Assembly (NCBI GenBank): GCA_965205445.1 | Contig: CBDBHC010000001.1 | Location: 749,368-813,367 of the forward strand | Reading direction: 5' to 3' | Length of the DNA: 64,000 nt | Source of the DNA: Bryobacterales bacterium | GTDB taxonomy: Bacteria; Acidobacteriota; Terriglobia; Bryobacterales; UBA6623 | Shown here: positions 41,301-50,329 of the stretch, piece after piece | Numbering within the stretch: the first letter of the stretch is position 1 | Layout: every line of letters starts with the position of its first letter | The notes under the pieces: generated by a model | Told to the model about the DNA's origin: nothing | The model's input: the letters and a program-made list of their open reading frames with translations, nothing else | The model's database searches: none | Made by a program: the position numbers and the translations under genes

Positions 41301-41985
41301 GGCGCCATCGCGAGTCTCCCTCCAGCTCGTCCTTCGCAAAGTAGCCCTGCTTCTCCACCAGCATGGCGGCACAGCGCACGAACGCCTGCAGCTTCCGCTC
41401 GCTCGGGGCGGTCGCCACCGCGGCCGCATTCACCTCGGCAGTGTTGCAAGCGCCGGGAACGTCCGGTGCGTAGATGCCGGCACCAACGGCCGCTCGCCGG
41501 CCGTTCCAGTCGACCTCGATGACGTACGAGGTTTTCGGCTCGCTCCTGCCGGTTTCCGGATTCCGGAATGAATTGTAGATCCAGCCCGAATCGACAATCG
41601 ACAGCATGCGGTGCATCTCAGCAAAGAGGTCGTTCCCGAAAGCGTCGACCAAAATGCCCCAAGGCGTCCCTTCGCGGGAAGGGTCGGGGGGGTACACGTA
41701 TGCGATCGACTCCTCGCCGGACTGCGCGATACCGTCCACGAAGACGTAGATGGGCCCGTGATTCCAGCGCGGATCTTCGTTGAAGGCACGTCGGGCCTCG
41801 ACTGGGCCGTGCTCGGTCACGTATTCCGCCGCGCACCGAACGAACGCTTGGATGTCGCTGGTTGTGCGGACGGCGCTCGCCGCGACCCGGTGATCGGCAC
41901 AGGCGGCCGAATCGCTCGCGGAAGCCAATAGAGAGTTCGATAATAATAGTGCAGCAATTGTTAGGAATCGGTAGTTTCTTGCCAT
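38362..41985 (-). CDS. Secreted fusion protein: four sCache_2-like domains + family-5 solute-binding (SBP_bac_5) domain
   Basis: The signal peptide is [23 protein letters not shown]. aa ~28-630 contain four units of the pattern FVRCAA..V...G......F......W.hGp.YVFV.....PKtSYV.....vVGaGiY. aa ~665-1207 match peptide/nickel-type SBPs ([14 protein letters not shown]...[18 protein letters not shown]). Confidence 0.8.
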   Translation of the reverse strand: MARNYRFLTIAALLLSNSLLASASDSAACADHRVAASAVRTTSDIQAFVRCAAEYVTEHGPVEARRAFNEDPRWNHGPIYVFVDGIAQSGEESIAYVYPPDPSREGTPWGILVDAFGNDLFAEMHRMLSIVDSGWIYNSFRNPETGRSEPKTSYVIEVDWNGRRAAVGAGIYAPDVPGACNTAEVNAAAVATAPSERKLQAFVRCAAMLVEKQGYFAKDELEGDSRWRHGSTYVFVMDMAGNQVLTGNRVRVNGTSLHEWGGRSTPGDQFGGRDMAAVGAAFGEALIYYRGRNPMTGAVQSKIGLLKRVIAHGVPLIVGAGYELPSEPAVAQASCEDNTVWARAIRTRRDIEAFVRCAAEYVTEHGTEEARRAFHEDARWRHGPYYVFVDLIAQPQETPLSHIAVFPPNPEWEGTSQTLVDNFGTDYFDELHRVMTFGDAGWLHYAFTNFVTGRSEPKSSYVVEVDWEGHRAVVGTGIYLRDLPGTCQRDEVNAATVEADPSDERLQELVRCAAVELQSQGYFATVTLASDPRWTSGPVYVFGVDTHGGPLFSGGSRDDGSVPAASELNPVNSETFGGRDVVSVGATFGEAFLYYSARNPSTDMAGRKATFIKRVVIQGLPVLVGAGYYQAGGTRPAMPGEGEGDRDGMGSTGGAPGAAGRGDTATLLFWQAPTTLNPYLSRGTKDAEAASLVIEPLAEYNPSGELVPVLAARIPTMENGGISEDRRQITWILRDGVVWSDGTPLTAHDVAFTWRYCTAPNGGCGKRSRFEHVSSVDAADDRTVTITFATPESFPYAPFVSLSSPILQASQFTDCVGAAAAGCTAENLSPIGTGPYVVRDFRTDGTILYQFNPRYRGVESGEPYFGEVVLKGGGDAASAARSVLQLDEADYAWNLQVEPDVLASISSGGSGSIVSAFGTRVERLMLNQTNPDAGLGALRAEYADGTNPHPFLTDPVVGRALSLAIDRDALVRTGYGELAGRPTCNVWPAPPSQASTSNDECLVQNLALANQILDAAGIVDSDGDSVRERDGVPLRVLFQTSTNAVRQAAQQRIKAWWAELGVDTELKHIDASVFFGDDPSSPDTAGRFYADIEMYTDSSTGLDPEGYLGKWTAAQIPGAHNSFLGENVQRFHSDKYDRLHAELQDTSDPNGRNELVIALNDVLVQSYSIIPLVHRALVSAHADDIDGVWMNAWDSVLWNFEAWKRRK
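40096..41904 (-). repeat. Tandem duplication of a two-domain (~300 aa) unit inside the cache-SBP gene
   Basis: Unit 1 is aa ~28-325 and unit 2 is aa ~335-630. DNA-level identity persists: 40891-40928 versus 41809-41846 match at 36 of 38 nt, an offset of 918 nt (306 codons). Confidence 0.8.
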
Positions 41986-42838
41986 TCACCAAGGCTAGAT
42001 TGAACAGCATAGCGGTGTCAATATCCTTATCATTTCCAGTAGAATTGCTGTCTTCATTCGAGCCCATTGATGGGGTTCGGAAGCGAATTCGATGGACGCC
42101 CTCCGGTATGTTATTCGTTCACAATGCCCTTCATGCCTGTAAATCGAAAAGGCAAGAAGTTAATACAGTCAGTGCTTTCGTCGTGGTATTTCACGCATGA
42201 CCGCGAACGACTCTCAGGCCTCATGCGGTACCGACCTTGGACTGGATCCCGTCCGGCCAGCGTGTCGAATTGCGGATTGACTCGGACGCTCGGCTCACGA
42301 CGAATCTCGCTGGGGGGTAAGAAATCCGTCTATATATGCCGTGCGAACGCACTTTGGAACTCGGGACTTGTCCGTCATCATCGGACTCCTTTGCGGCCGG
42401 GTGGCCCGAATTGGCAAAGGCGGAGAGTGGCACGACTTCGACCCGCAATCCTTCTCCCAAGCACGGGCGAAAAGACATCGGGATTGCTCGCCGTCACGAT
42501 CATGGAATGGCCTGAGTGAATCGATCGTTCCTTGCTGGGAAGACAGTCCTCGTCAGGTCCGACGGGCTGACGCGAGCGGCTGCGAGCTTCCCCGAGAATC
42601 CGTCCGATGTCCCCTTCTTGCCAGTCCGGCCCGGTGCTTGGAGCCGCGCTGAGGGTGGAGCGTTGCCGCGACCGGGCGGTGGAGCCGCCGGTTTGGCCGT
42701 GCCGGCTCGGGCCCGGTCCTGCCAGGTAGCGCGGGACACCCTGCAGGGCTCGAATCGGTTCGAAGTCAGGCGGCTGTCTGGTATCCTCTAACCAGAACTG
42801 GCGGCACTTGGACCGCGCCGCTTCGTGACGCGAAAAGC

Positions 42839-43588
42839 ATGTCGGGGCACTCGAAATGGGCGACGATCAAGCACAAGAAGGCCGCCACTGACGCCAAGCG
42901 GGGCAAGGTCTTTACACGACTGATCCGGGAGATTCAGGTAGCCGCGCGAGAAGGCGGTCCCGATCAAGATGCGAACCCTAGGCTCCGCACGGCCGTTGCC
43001 GCGGCCAGGGCTCAGTCCATGCCAGGGGAGAACATCAAGCGGGCCATTATGCGCGGAAGCGGTCAACTGGAGGGTGAGACGTTCTCCGAGATAGTGTTCG
43101 AAGGCTACGCCCCCGCGGGGGTTGCCGTGCTGGTCGAGACGGTCACTGACAACCGCAATCGGACGGTGGCCGAATTGCGGCATATTTTCTCGAAGAACGG
43201 CGGCAACCTCGGGGAGAACGGCTGCGTCTCCTGGATTTTCCACAAGCAGAGCCTGGTCGTCCTGCCGAAGGACGCCGCAAGCGAGGACGAGTTGATGGAT
43301 CTCGCCCTGATGTCCGGCGCTGACGACTTGCGGGACGACGGCGAGCACTGGGCGATCTATTCGCCACCGGAAGCCCACGAGGAAGTCGTAGCCGCGGTGA
43401 TTGAGGCGGGGATCAAGCCCTTGACGGCGGAGATATCGCGCGTCCCGGAGAACACCGTTCGCGTCCACGGCAGGCAAGCCGGCAGCGTGATCCGTATGAT
43501 CGAGAAGTTGGAAGACCAAGACGATGTTCAGAATGTCTTCGCGAATTTCGACATAGACGACAAGGAGCTCGAGGCGCTATCCGCCTGA
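42839..43588 (+). CDS. yebC: YebC/PmpR-family transcriptional regulator
   Basis: MSGHSKWATIKHKKAATDAKRGKVFTRLIREI. 249 aa. Confidence 0.95.
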   Translation: MSGHSKWATIKHKKAATDAKRGKVFTRLIREIQVAAREGGPDQDANPRLRTAVAAARAQSMPGENIKRAIMRGSGQLEGETFSEIVFEGYAPAGVAVLVETVTDNRNRTVAELRHIFSKNGGNLGENGCVSWIFHKQSLVVLPKDAASEDELMDLALMSGADDLRDDGEHWAIYSPPEAHEEVVAAVIEAGIKPLTAEISRVPENTVRVHGRQAGSVIRMIEKLEDQDDVQNVFANFDIDDKELEALSA

Positions 43589-43599
43589 GCGGCGGTTCC

Positions 43600-44088
43600 G
43601 TGAGGATCCTCGGCATTGACTGCGGCTCCCGAATCACGGGATACGGAGTGATCGAAAGCGATGGCCGGTCGCAGCGGTCGGTAGCGTATGGAGCGATCCG
43701 GGTCCCCGAGGGCAATAGTCTGGGCGAACGCCTTTGCATCGTCGCCAAGGGTATCGAAGAAGTGCTTTCCCAATACCGGCCTGACGAGGCGGCGGTGGAA
43801 GACGTCTTCACCGGTCCAAACATGCGAAGCGCGATCGTGCTGGCGCATGTACGGGGCGTCGCCATGTTGAGCGCCTCCAGGGCCGGGCTCCCTGTGGCTA
43901 GCTACACTCCTTCCCAGGTGAAGAGCAGCATCGCCGGCTACGGGAGCGCACGCAAGGATCAGGTTCGGCAGATGGTACGGCTGCTATTGGACGTGAGGGA
44001 AGAGATCAGTCCGCTGGACGCTTCCGATGCCCTGGCTGTCGCATACTGCCATGCGAGCTTGCGAGACGCGTGGGAGAGGGGGGCCTAG
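43600..44088 (+). CDS. ruvC: Holliday junction resolvase RuvC
   Basis: MRILGIDCGSRITGYGVIE...DASDALAVAYCH. GTG start. Confidence 0.95.
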   Translation: MRILGIDCGSRITGYGVIESDGRSQRSVAYGAIRVPEGNSLGERLCIVAKGIEEVLSQYRPDEAAVEDVFTGPNMRSAIVLAHVRGVAMLSASRAGLPVASYTPSQVKSSIAGYGSARKDQVRQMVRLLLDVREEISPLDASDALAVAYCHASLRDAWERGA

Positions 44089-44091
44089 TCC

Positions 44092-44715
44092 ATGCTGTGC
44101 AAGGTGCTGCCTGCCGCACTGTTGATGGCTCTGCAGATTGCCGCGCAGGACGCGATCTATTTCGAGCGGGATTTTCCGGGCGCCGTGCCGGACCGATTCG
44201 AAATCAGGCTTGAAGACGACGGGACAGCGATCTATACCGAGGGCGGGGAGGCCCCGGTGGAATTCGCGATCGGGGCAGGGGCCGTGAACGAGGTCTTCCG
44301 ACTGGCGGCAGACTTGGACTACTTCGCACGCCCTCTCGGCAGCCGGCGCAAGGTGGCTTCCACGGGACGCAAGCTGCTGCGGTACGAGTCTGGCGGGGCG
44401 ACTCGGGGCACCGCCGAATTCGACTACTCGGACGAGCCCAAAGCAAGGGAGATTGCATCTTGGTTCGTCAAGCTGTCCGAGACACAGCAGCACCTGCGCG
44501 AATTGGAGCGGGTATTTCGATTCGACCGGCTGGGAGTGAACCAGGCCTTGGTGAACCTAGAGCAGGCGTATGAGCGGGATCGCATTGTGGCCGCAGATCT
44601 GCTCGCGCCGATTCTCGGTAAGATCGCAGGTCACGACCGGATTGTTCACTTGGCGAGGGCACGCGCGGAGGGGCTGCTCGAGAAAATCCGTGCGGATCGT
44701 CCGCGCAAGAATTAA
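44092..44715 (+). CDS. Hypothetical secreted protein
   Basis: 207 aa with the signal peptide MLCKVLPAALLMALQIAAQD. The composition is protein-like, no family is recognised, and it starts 3 nt after the ruvC stop. Confidence 0.6.
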   Translation: MLCKVLPAALLMALQIAAQDAIYFERDFPGAVPDRFEIRLEDDGTAIYTEGGEAPVEFAIGAGAVNEVFRLAADLDYFARPLGSRRKVASTGRKLLRYESGGATRGTAEFDYSDEPKAREIASWFVKLSETQQHLRELERVFRFDRLGVNQALVNLEQAYERDRIVAADLLAPILGKIAGHDRIVHLARARAEGLLEKIRADRPRKN

Positions 44716-44734
44716 CCTATTGAAATTAGAATAC

Positions 44735-45613
44735 TTACCGAGATTCTCCAACGATTCGGTCGTAGATCGCGGAAAGCTGTTCCTGAGACGAGTACGCGAT
44801 TTCCAGGCACCCTTTCTCTCCCGTGCGTTGCCGCAGGCGTACTGGTGCCTGCAGCACGCGCTCCAGTTCCTCGACCGCCGCCGCGACATTCGGGTCAACC
44901 GCTCGCTCGTTTCTCCTACGTGCCGGGCGGAGCAGATTCCGAACCATGCGCTCGACTTCCCGCACGGAGAGCTGCGAGCGCGCAGCGTGATCCGCGAGCG
45001 TTTCCTGGTCGCTCGACCTGTCGAGCGGAAGCAGCGCACGAGCATGACCCATCTGCAGCTTCCGTTCTCGGACGAGCTTTCTCACCGACGGCGGGAGTCG
45101 GAGGAGGCGCAAGTGGTTGGTAATCGACGCGCGGCTCATGCCCGTGCGAACAGCCAGTTCCTCGTGAATCAGGTGTAGGTCCGAGACCATGCGGTCGAGA
45201 GCCATCGCAACTTCGATGGGGTTGAGATCCTCGCGCTGGATGTTCTCCACGAGGGTGACTTCAAGAAGCTTGTCGGGCTCGATCTCACGGACAATCGCCG
45301 GGATTGTGGGGAGACCGGCCAGACGGCAGGCCTTGAGCCGTCTCTCGCCCACCACCAACGTGTAACGGTCGCCGGCGCGGCTCACCAGAACGGGTTGAAG
45401 AACTCCGTCCGAGCGAATCGATGCCGCAAGTTCGCCTAGGGACGCGCTGTCGAAAGTCGTCCGAGGCTGGACCGGATTGGGGTCAATCCGGGCAATTGGT
45501 ATCTCGATAACAGCTTGCACCGCATCCGGCACGCGGGTCGACATCTGGGGCAGAAGCGCCCCTAGACCTTTTCCTAAGACCTTACGAACTGGCGGTGTGT
45601 TCTCGTTTTCCAT
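44735..45613 (-). CDS. parB: Chromosome partitioning protein ParB (Spo0J)
   Basis: LGKGLGALL, LVENIQREDLNPIE and an HTH region (HEELAVRTGMSRASITNHLRLLRL). Confidence 0.93.
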   Translation of the reverse strand: MENENTPPVRKVLGKGLGALLPQMSTRVPDAVQAVIEIPIARIDPNPVQPRTTFDSASLGELAASIRSDGVLQPVLVSRAGDRYTLVVGERRLKACRLAGLPTIPAIVREIEPDKLLEVTLVENIQREDLNPIEVAMALDRMVSDLHLIHEELAVRTGMSRASITNHLRLLRLPPSVRKLVRERKLQMGHARALLPLDRSSDQETLADHAARSQLSVREVERMVRNLLRPARRRNERAVDPNVAAAVEELERVLQAPVRLRQRTGEKGCLEIAYSSQEQLSAIYDRIVGESR

Positions 45614-46418
45614 GTTCTCTTGGCTCCGTGGCGGCGGGTGTTCCGATTCGACGGTGGCGGACGCGAGAAAGGATCTCCCGCGCCAGGCGAAGGTAGGCCT
45701 GCGCGCCCTTCGACCGGATATCGTACTGGAGGATGGGCTTGCCGTGGCTCGGAGCTTCGGCGAGCCGAATGTTGCGCGGGATCACAGTGTCCAGGACCAG
45801 CCCGTCCAAGTGCTGTCGAAGCTCCGCCGCAACCTGCTTGGTAAGCGAAGTCCGCCCGTCGTACATCGTGAGCAGGATACCCTCGATCGCCAGGTTCGGA
45901 TTCACGGCGGCCTTCACGGAATCCAAGGTTCGCAGGATCGACGAAATTCCCTCGAGGGCAAAGTACTCGCAGTGCACGGGTATCAAGACGGAGTCAGCGG
46001 CCGCGAGGGCGTTGAGGGTGAGCAGATCCAGCGACGGCGGGCAGTCCATGAGCAGGAAGTCATGCAGGGTTTCGCCGCGCTCGCGGGCGCGGCGCAGGCG
46101 CAGTGCCCGGTCGGCCTCGGAAGCCAGCTCGACATTGGCCCCGGCGAGGTCTGGGCTGGCGGGAAGAATGTCGAGGCCGCTGAATTCCGTGGCAACAACG
46201 GCCTCCTCGAAGGCCGCTTCGCCCATCAGGACGTCATACAGGCTCGGCCGGTTCCCGCCAGCTGCGTGCCCGACGCCACTGGTGGAGTTGGCTTGGGGAT
46301 CGCAGTCAAGCAGTAGGGACCGGCAGTCGGCCGCGGCAAGGGCCGCGGCGAGATTAATCGCTGTCGTGGTCTTCCCGACGCCGCCCTTCTGGTTGGCGAT
46401 GGCAATCCAGATGGCCAC
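45582..46418 (-). CDS. parA: Chromosome partitioning ATPase ParA (Soj)
   Basis: Deviant Walker A IANQKGGVGKTTTAINLAAAL. GTG start. It overlaps parB by 32 nt. Confidence 0.95.
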   Translation of the reverse strand: MAIWIAIANQKGGVGKTTTAINLAAALAAADCRSLLLDCDPQANSTSGVGHAAGGNRPSLYDVLMGEAAFEEAVVATEFSGLDILPASPDLAGANVELASEADRALRLRRARERGETLHDFLLMDCPPSLDLLTLNALAAADSVLIPVHCEYFALEGISSILRTLDSVKAAVNPNLAIEGILLTMYDGRTSLTKQVAAELRQHLDGLVLDTVIPRNIRLAEAPSHGKPILQYDIRSKGAQAYLRLAREILSRVRHRRIGTPAATEPREHGKREHTASS

Positions 46419-46460
46419 GGGCCGCCCGCTAGGCCTAGGCTATCACGTCTGAAACGGAGT

Positions 46461-46476
46461 TGTTTCACGTGAAACA
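46461..46476. other. parS centromere-like site 1 (perfect)
   Basis: TGTTTCACGTGAAACA, an exact match to the widely conserved parS palindrome, 43 nt upstream of the parA start. Confidence 0.9.
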
Positions 46477-46497
46477 ATTCCATTCGGCCAGTCCGAA

Positions 46498-46513
46498 TGT
46501 TTCACGTGAAACA
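46498..46513. other. parS centromere-like site 2 (perfect)
   Basis: A second exact TGTTTCACGTGAAACA, 37 nt (start to start) from site 1. Confidence 0.9.
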
Positions 46514-46526
46514 TTTCCCCTGAGGG

Positions 46527-47105
46527 CTAGATTGCCTCCCCTGTCCACAGGCGACGGGCAGTGCTCCACGGAACGGCCTGCGGCTCCCAGCCCCGAAACG
46601 GCCCGCCGGAAGGCCGGTCCGTTCCGAGAACGGCGACCCGCGCGACCCGGCCTTCCAGGTCGGGAAGGATCCGTGACGGCGAGACCGCGCGCACGAGCGC
46701 CCATTCCGCCGTTCCCGGCCAGTCCCCGATCCTGCAGCACGCTACAGTGACGTTTCCTGCGCCCCGTGATGCCTCGCGCAGGAACGCCGCCTTCCTGCGC
46801 TTCGATTCGACCAAGGTTACGGAGGCCTCCGGTCGCAGGACTGCCACCGGAAGCCCCGGAAATCCCGCACCGGACCCCACATCAACCAGCGTCTTCGCCA
46901 CAGGGAGCTGCCTGTGAACGAAGGCCGACTCGCCAAAGTGCCGCCTTGCGATTTCCGCCGCGTCCAGGATGCCCGTCAGGTTCATCCGCCGGTTCCACCG
47001 CTCCAGCAGCACGAAGTGCCTCCGAAGCTGTTCCATCTGCTCGCTTGACGGCGCCAGACCCAGGTCCCCGAGAGCTTCACGGAGTACGTCATCGAACGTG
47101 GTCAC
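46527..47105 (-). CDS. rsmG: 16S rRNA (guanine527-N7)-methyltransferase
   Basis: The SAM-binding motif is [16 protein letters not shown]. It sits between mnmG and parA, with a GTGA overlap with the mnmG stop. Confidence 0.9.
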   Translation of the reverse strand: MTTFDDVLREALGDLGLAPSSEQMEQLRRHFVLLERWNRRMNLTGILDAAEIARRHFGESAFVHRQLPVAKTLVDVGSGAGFPGLPVAVLRPEASVTLVESKRRKAAFLREASRGAGNVTVACCRIGDWPGTAEWALVRAVSPSRILPDLEGRVARVAVLGTDRPSGGPFRGWEPQAVPWSTARRLWTGEAI

Positions 47106-48967
47106 GCGCCCAGATGCATGTCCAGTATCGTGAGAGCGGCCGGCGTGACTCCCGGAATCCGGCTAGCCTGCCCGAGAGTCCGCGGCCGGACCCGTTCCAT
47201 CTTCTCGACGACCTCGTTCGAAAGGCCCGGCAGTCCCCTGTATTCAAACCGCGCCGGGATCTGACGGCACTCGGCCCGCTTCATGCGGTCGATCTGGCGC
47301 CGCTGCTGGTTCAGGTAGCCGGAATACTTGATCTCTGTCTCGATGGCCTTCCAATCGGCTCGTCGCAGGCCCGCCCCGAGGTCCGGCGGGAAGACTGACT
47401 GCAGCTGCTCCAGCCCGACCTGCGGTCTGCGCAGCAGCTGGCTCAAGCTGATCCGCCCTCCGGTTGGGCGGGCGAGGGTCTCGTAGAGAGCGCTTGAAAG
47501 TGGAGGCTTGTGTGCCTCCAGGAACTGCAGCACGGTGTCGCGCGTATCGCATGCGGACTGGAATCGCCGCCAGTCCTCGTCGGTCACCGTCCCCGCGCGC
47601 CGGCCGATCGGGCTGAGCCGCCTGTCCGCGTTGTCAATCCGGAGATGCAGTCGAAATTCCGCTCTGGACGTGAACATCCGGTACGGCTCGTCCGTTCCCT
47701 TGGTCACAAGATCGTCAATCAGAATCCCGATGTACGCGTCCGTACGAGACAGCACGACAGGGTCCGCCCCGCGGAGGCTGGCCGCCGCGTTGATGCCGGC
47801 GAGAAGCCCTTGGCATGCGGCTTCCTCGTAGCCGGTCGTACCGTTGATCTGCCCCGCGAGGTACAGACCGCGAATCCGTTTCGTCTCAAGCGTCGGCTGC
47901 AGTTCGGTAGCGTCGACGGAATCGTATTCGATCGCGTATCCCGGCCTGATCATCTCGGCTCGCGCCAAGCCTGGGATGGATGCGACCATGGCCTCCTGAA
48001 CGTCGATGGGCATGCTGGTGGACATGCCGTTCACATAGACTTCGTTGGTGTCGAGACCCTCGGGCTCGAGGAAGATCTGGTGGCGTCTGCGGTCGGGGAA
48101 CTTGACGATCTTGTCCTCGATCGATGGACAGTAGCGCGGGCCGACCCCCTCGATCTGGCCGCTGTACAGCGGCGACCGCCGCAGGCTCGCCGACAAGACG
48201 CGATGCGTGTTCTCGTTCGTGTAGGCGATGTGGCATTCGATCTGCGGTCGGTCGATCGACTCCGTTCGGAACGAGAACGGAGTGGGCTCGGCATCGCCGG
48301 GCTGTGCTTCGAAGGCATTCCACTCGATTGTCCGCCCGTCTAGTCGCGGGGGCGTCCCTGTCTTCAACCTGCAGCAACGAAACCCCTGATTCCGCAGAAC
48401 TTCTCCTAGCATTACCGATGCAGGCTCACCGCTCCGTCCGGCTGGGTACGTGCGTTCGCCGATATGCACCAGGCCGTTCAGAAACGTTCCGGTCGTGATC
48501 ACCACGGCCCCAGCCGCTAGGGTTCGGCCATCCAGCAGGTCGACCCCGCGAATCCTTCCGCTCTCAAGGACCAGGTCGACGACTTCGGCCTGCTTGATGT
48601 CCAAGTTCGGCTCGCGCTCAAGAAGTTGCCTCATGCGGATGCGGTACTGCTTCTTGTCGCACTGAGCGCGAGGCGACCATACGGCCGGACCGCGGCTCGT
48701 GTTGAGCAGCCGGAACTGGATGCCGACGTCGTCGGTGACGCGGCCCATGACGCCGCCCAAGGCGTCGATCTCGCGAACAAGGTGCCCCTTGGCAATCCCA
48801 CCCACAGCAGGATTGCAGGACATCTGCGCGACAAGGTCAAGATTGAGCGTGACCAGCGCGACACTGGCTCCGATCCTGGCCGCCGCTACGGAGGCCTCGC
48901 ACCCGGCGTGGCCCGCGCCCACGACAATCACGTCGTAGCGCTCTGAAGTGCTGCTTCGCGGGGACAC
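47102..48967 (-). CDS. mnmG: tRNA uridine-5-carboxymethylaminomethyl modification enzyme
   Basis: [15 protein letters not shown]. 621 aa. The GTG start is preceded by AGGAG 8 nt upstream. Confidence 0.97.
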   Translation of the reverse strand: MSPRSSTSERYDVIVVGAGHAGCEASVAAARIGASVALVTLNLDLVAQMSCNPAVGGIAKGHLVREIDALGGVMGRVTDDVGIQFRLLNTSRGPAVWSPRAQCDKKQYRIRMRQLLEREPNLDIKQAEVVDLVLESGRIRGVDLLDGRTLAAGAVVITTGTFLNGLVHIGERTYPAGRSGEPASVMLGEVLRNQGFRCCRLKTGTPPRLDGRTIEWNAFEAQPGDAEPTPFSFRTESIDRPQIECHIAYTNENTHRVLSASLRRSPLYSGQIEGVGPRYCPSIEDKIVKFPDRRRHQIFLEPEGLDTNEVYVNGMSTSMPIDVQEAMVASIPGLARAEMIRPGYAIEYDSVDATELQPTLETKRIRGLYLAGQINGTTGYEEAACQGLLAGINAAASLRGADPVVLSRTDAYIGILIDDLVTKGTDEPYRMFTSRAEFRLHLRIDNADRRLSPIGRRAGTVTDEDWRRFQSACDTRDTVLQFLEAHKPPLSSALYETLARPTGGRISLSQLLRRPQVGLEQLQSVFPPDLGAGLRRADWKAIETEIKYSGYLNQQRRQIDRMKRAECRQIPARFEYRGLPGLSNEVVEKMERVRPRTLGQASRIPGVTPAALTILDMHLGA

Positions 48968-48988
48968 GATCCCGACTCCTACCCTGTT

Positions 48989-48994
48989 ATTCTA
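48989..48994 (-). promoter_or_regulatory. Candidate -10 element (TAGAAT) for mnmG
   Basis: The minus strand reads TAGAAT-aacagggt-AGGAG-tcgggatc-GTG. Confidence 0.4.
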
Positions 48995-49039
48995 GGCGGT
49001 TGCTCCGCGCACGGAGCCGGGGCACGCACGGGCACACGC

Positions 49040-50329
49040 ATGAAAGTACTAGTCGTTGGCGGAGGCGGTCGCGAGCACGCGATCGCGTGGCGCGTCGCCG
49101 AAGACTCCCAGGTTCAGCGGGTTTATTGCGTTCCCGGCAACGCCGGGGCCATGGCAGATGTCTCCTGTCTCCCGGGCAATATCTTGAATCCAAAGGAAAT
49201 GCTGTCGCTCGCAGAGTTTCTGGGAGTTGACTACACCGTCGTCGGCCCGGAGGCACCGCTGGTGGCGGGGATCGCGGACGAATTCGTGGCAAAGGGACTT
49301 GCAATCGTCGGCCCGTCCCAATTCGCCGCGCGGCTCGAGGGAAGCAAGGCCTTCGCCAAGGACTTCATGCTCGAGTGCGGCATTCCCACCGCGCGCTCCC
49401 TTCTCCTCGAGGACGAGAGGGACGTGGACGCCGCAGTCGGTCGCTTCGGCTTTCCCATGGCGTTGAAGGCGGACGGGCTTGCCGCGGGAAAGGGCGTGGT
49501 CATTGTCGAGGACGAGGCGGCGGCGCGCAGCTGCGCGCGGGAGATGCTTGCTGGCAATCTCGTCGGCAGGGCCGGACGCCGCATCGTCGTCGAGGAGTTT
49601 CTCGAGGGCGAGGAGGTCAGCTTCATGGTGTTGAGCGACGGCAAGTCGTACTGCGCCCTGCCGGCGACCCAGGATCACAAGCGGGCCTACGACGGCGACA
49701 GCGGCCCGAACACCGGGGGAATGGGGGCCTATTGCGACGATTCGATCCTAGACCCGGCGATGCGCGACTGCATCGTGGACCGAGTCGTCGAGCCTGCACT
49801 GGCCGGCATGCGCCGTCGCGGAACGCCGTTCACGGGCTTCCTCTACTGCGGGCTCATGATCGCGCAGGACGGTCCGCAAGTCTTGGAATTCAATGTCCGA
49901 TTGGGCGACCCGGAGACCCAGCCGCTCCTCTATCGCCTGGAGGGCGATTTCGCCGAGCTGCTTGCCAGCGCTTCGCGCGGGGCTCTGGATTCATCCGCGG
50001 TGGCCACCGGGGACCAGCCGACCGCGTGCGTCGTGATGGCCTCCGGCGGATACCCGGGAAAGTACGAGAAGGGCCTGCCCATCGACGGCATTTCCAGGGC
50101 CGAGGAGACGGGAGCGAAGGTGTTTCACGCCGGCACAGCGCTCTCGGCCGGCGGGGCTGTCACCGCTGGCGGGCGCGTGCTTGGTGTCACTGCACGCGGG
50201 GAAGGGCTGCCGCAAGCCCTTGACACCGCCTACCGAGCTAGTCAACTTATTCACTTCAAAGGAGTTCACTACCGAAGAGACATTGGGCACCGCGGCATGG
50301 AAAAGAGTTCGCCGCCCAATTCGGAATGA
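49040..50329 (+). CDS. purD: Phosphoribosylamine-glycine ligase
   Basis: MKVLVVGGGGREHAIAW with an ATP-grasp body. 429 aa. Confidence 0.95.
   Translation: MKVLVVGGGGREHAIAWRVAEDSQVQRVYCVPGNAGAMADVSCLPGNILNPKEMLSLAEFLGVDYTVVGPEAPLVAGIADEFVAKGLAIVGPSQFAARLEGSKAFAKDFMLECGIPTARSLLLEDERDVDAAVGRFGFPMALKADGLAAGKGVVIVEDEAAARSCAREMLAGNLVGRAGRRIVVEEFLEGEEVSFMVLSDGKSYCALPATQDHKRAYDGDSGPNTGGMGAYCDDSILDPAMRDCIVDRVVEPALAGMRRRGTPFTGFLYCGLMIAQDGPQVLEFNVRLGDPETQPLLYRLEGDFAELLASASRGALDSSAVATGDQPTACVVMASGGYPGKYEKGLPIDGISRAEETGAKVFHAGTALSAGGAVTAGGRVLGVTARGEGLPQALDTAYRASQLIHFKGVHYRRDIGHRGMEKSSPPNSE

Noticed and set aside
42067-42519. 150-aa ORF in the 853-bp gap
   Set aside because: Implausible composition, no start-site signals and no family resemblance.
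42600-42800. Strings resembling structured-RNA hallmarks: AGTCCGG and GCCAGGTAGCG (RNase P-like), GGTGGAGCCGCC (tmRNA 3'-end-like on the minus strand), GTCAGGTCCG (SRP-like).
   Set aside because: In each case only a short fragment matches. The obligatory partner elements are absent: GAGGAAAGUCC with the P4 partner, a T-arm with TTCGAAT before CCA, and a GGAA tetraloop with the AGCA motif.
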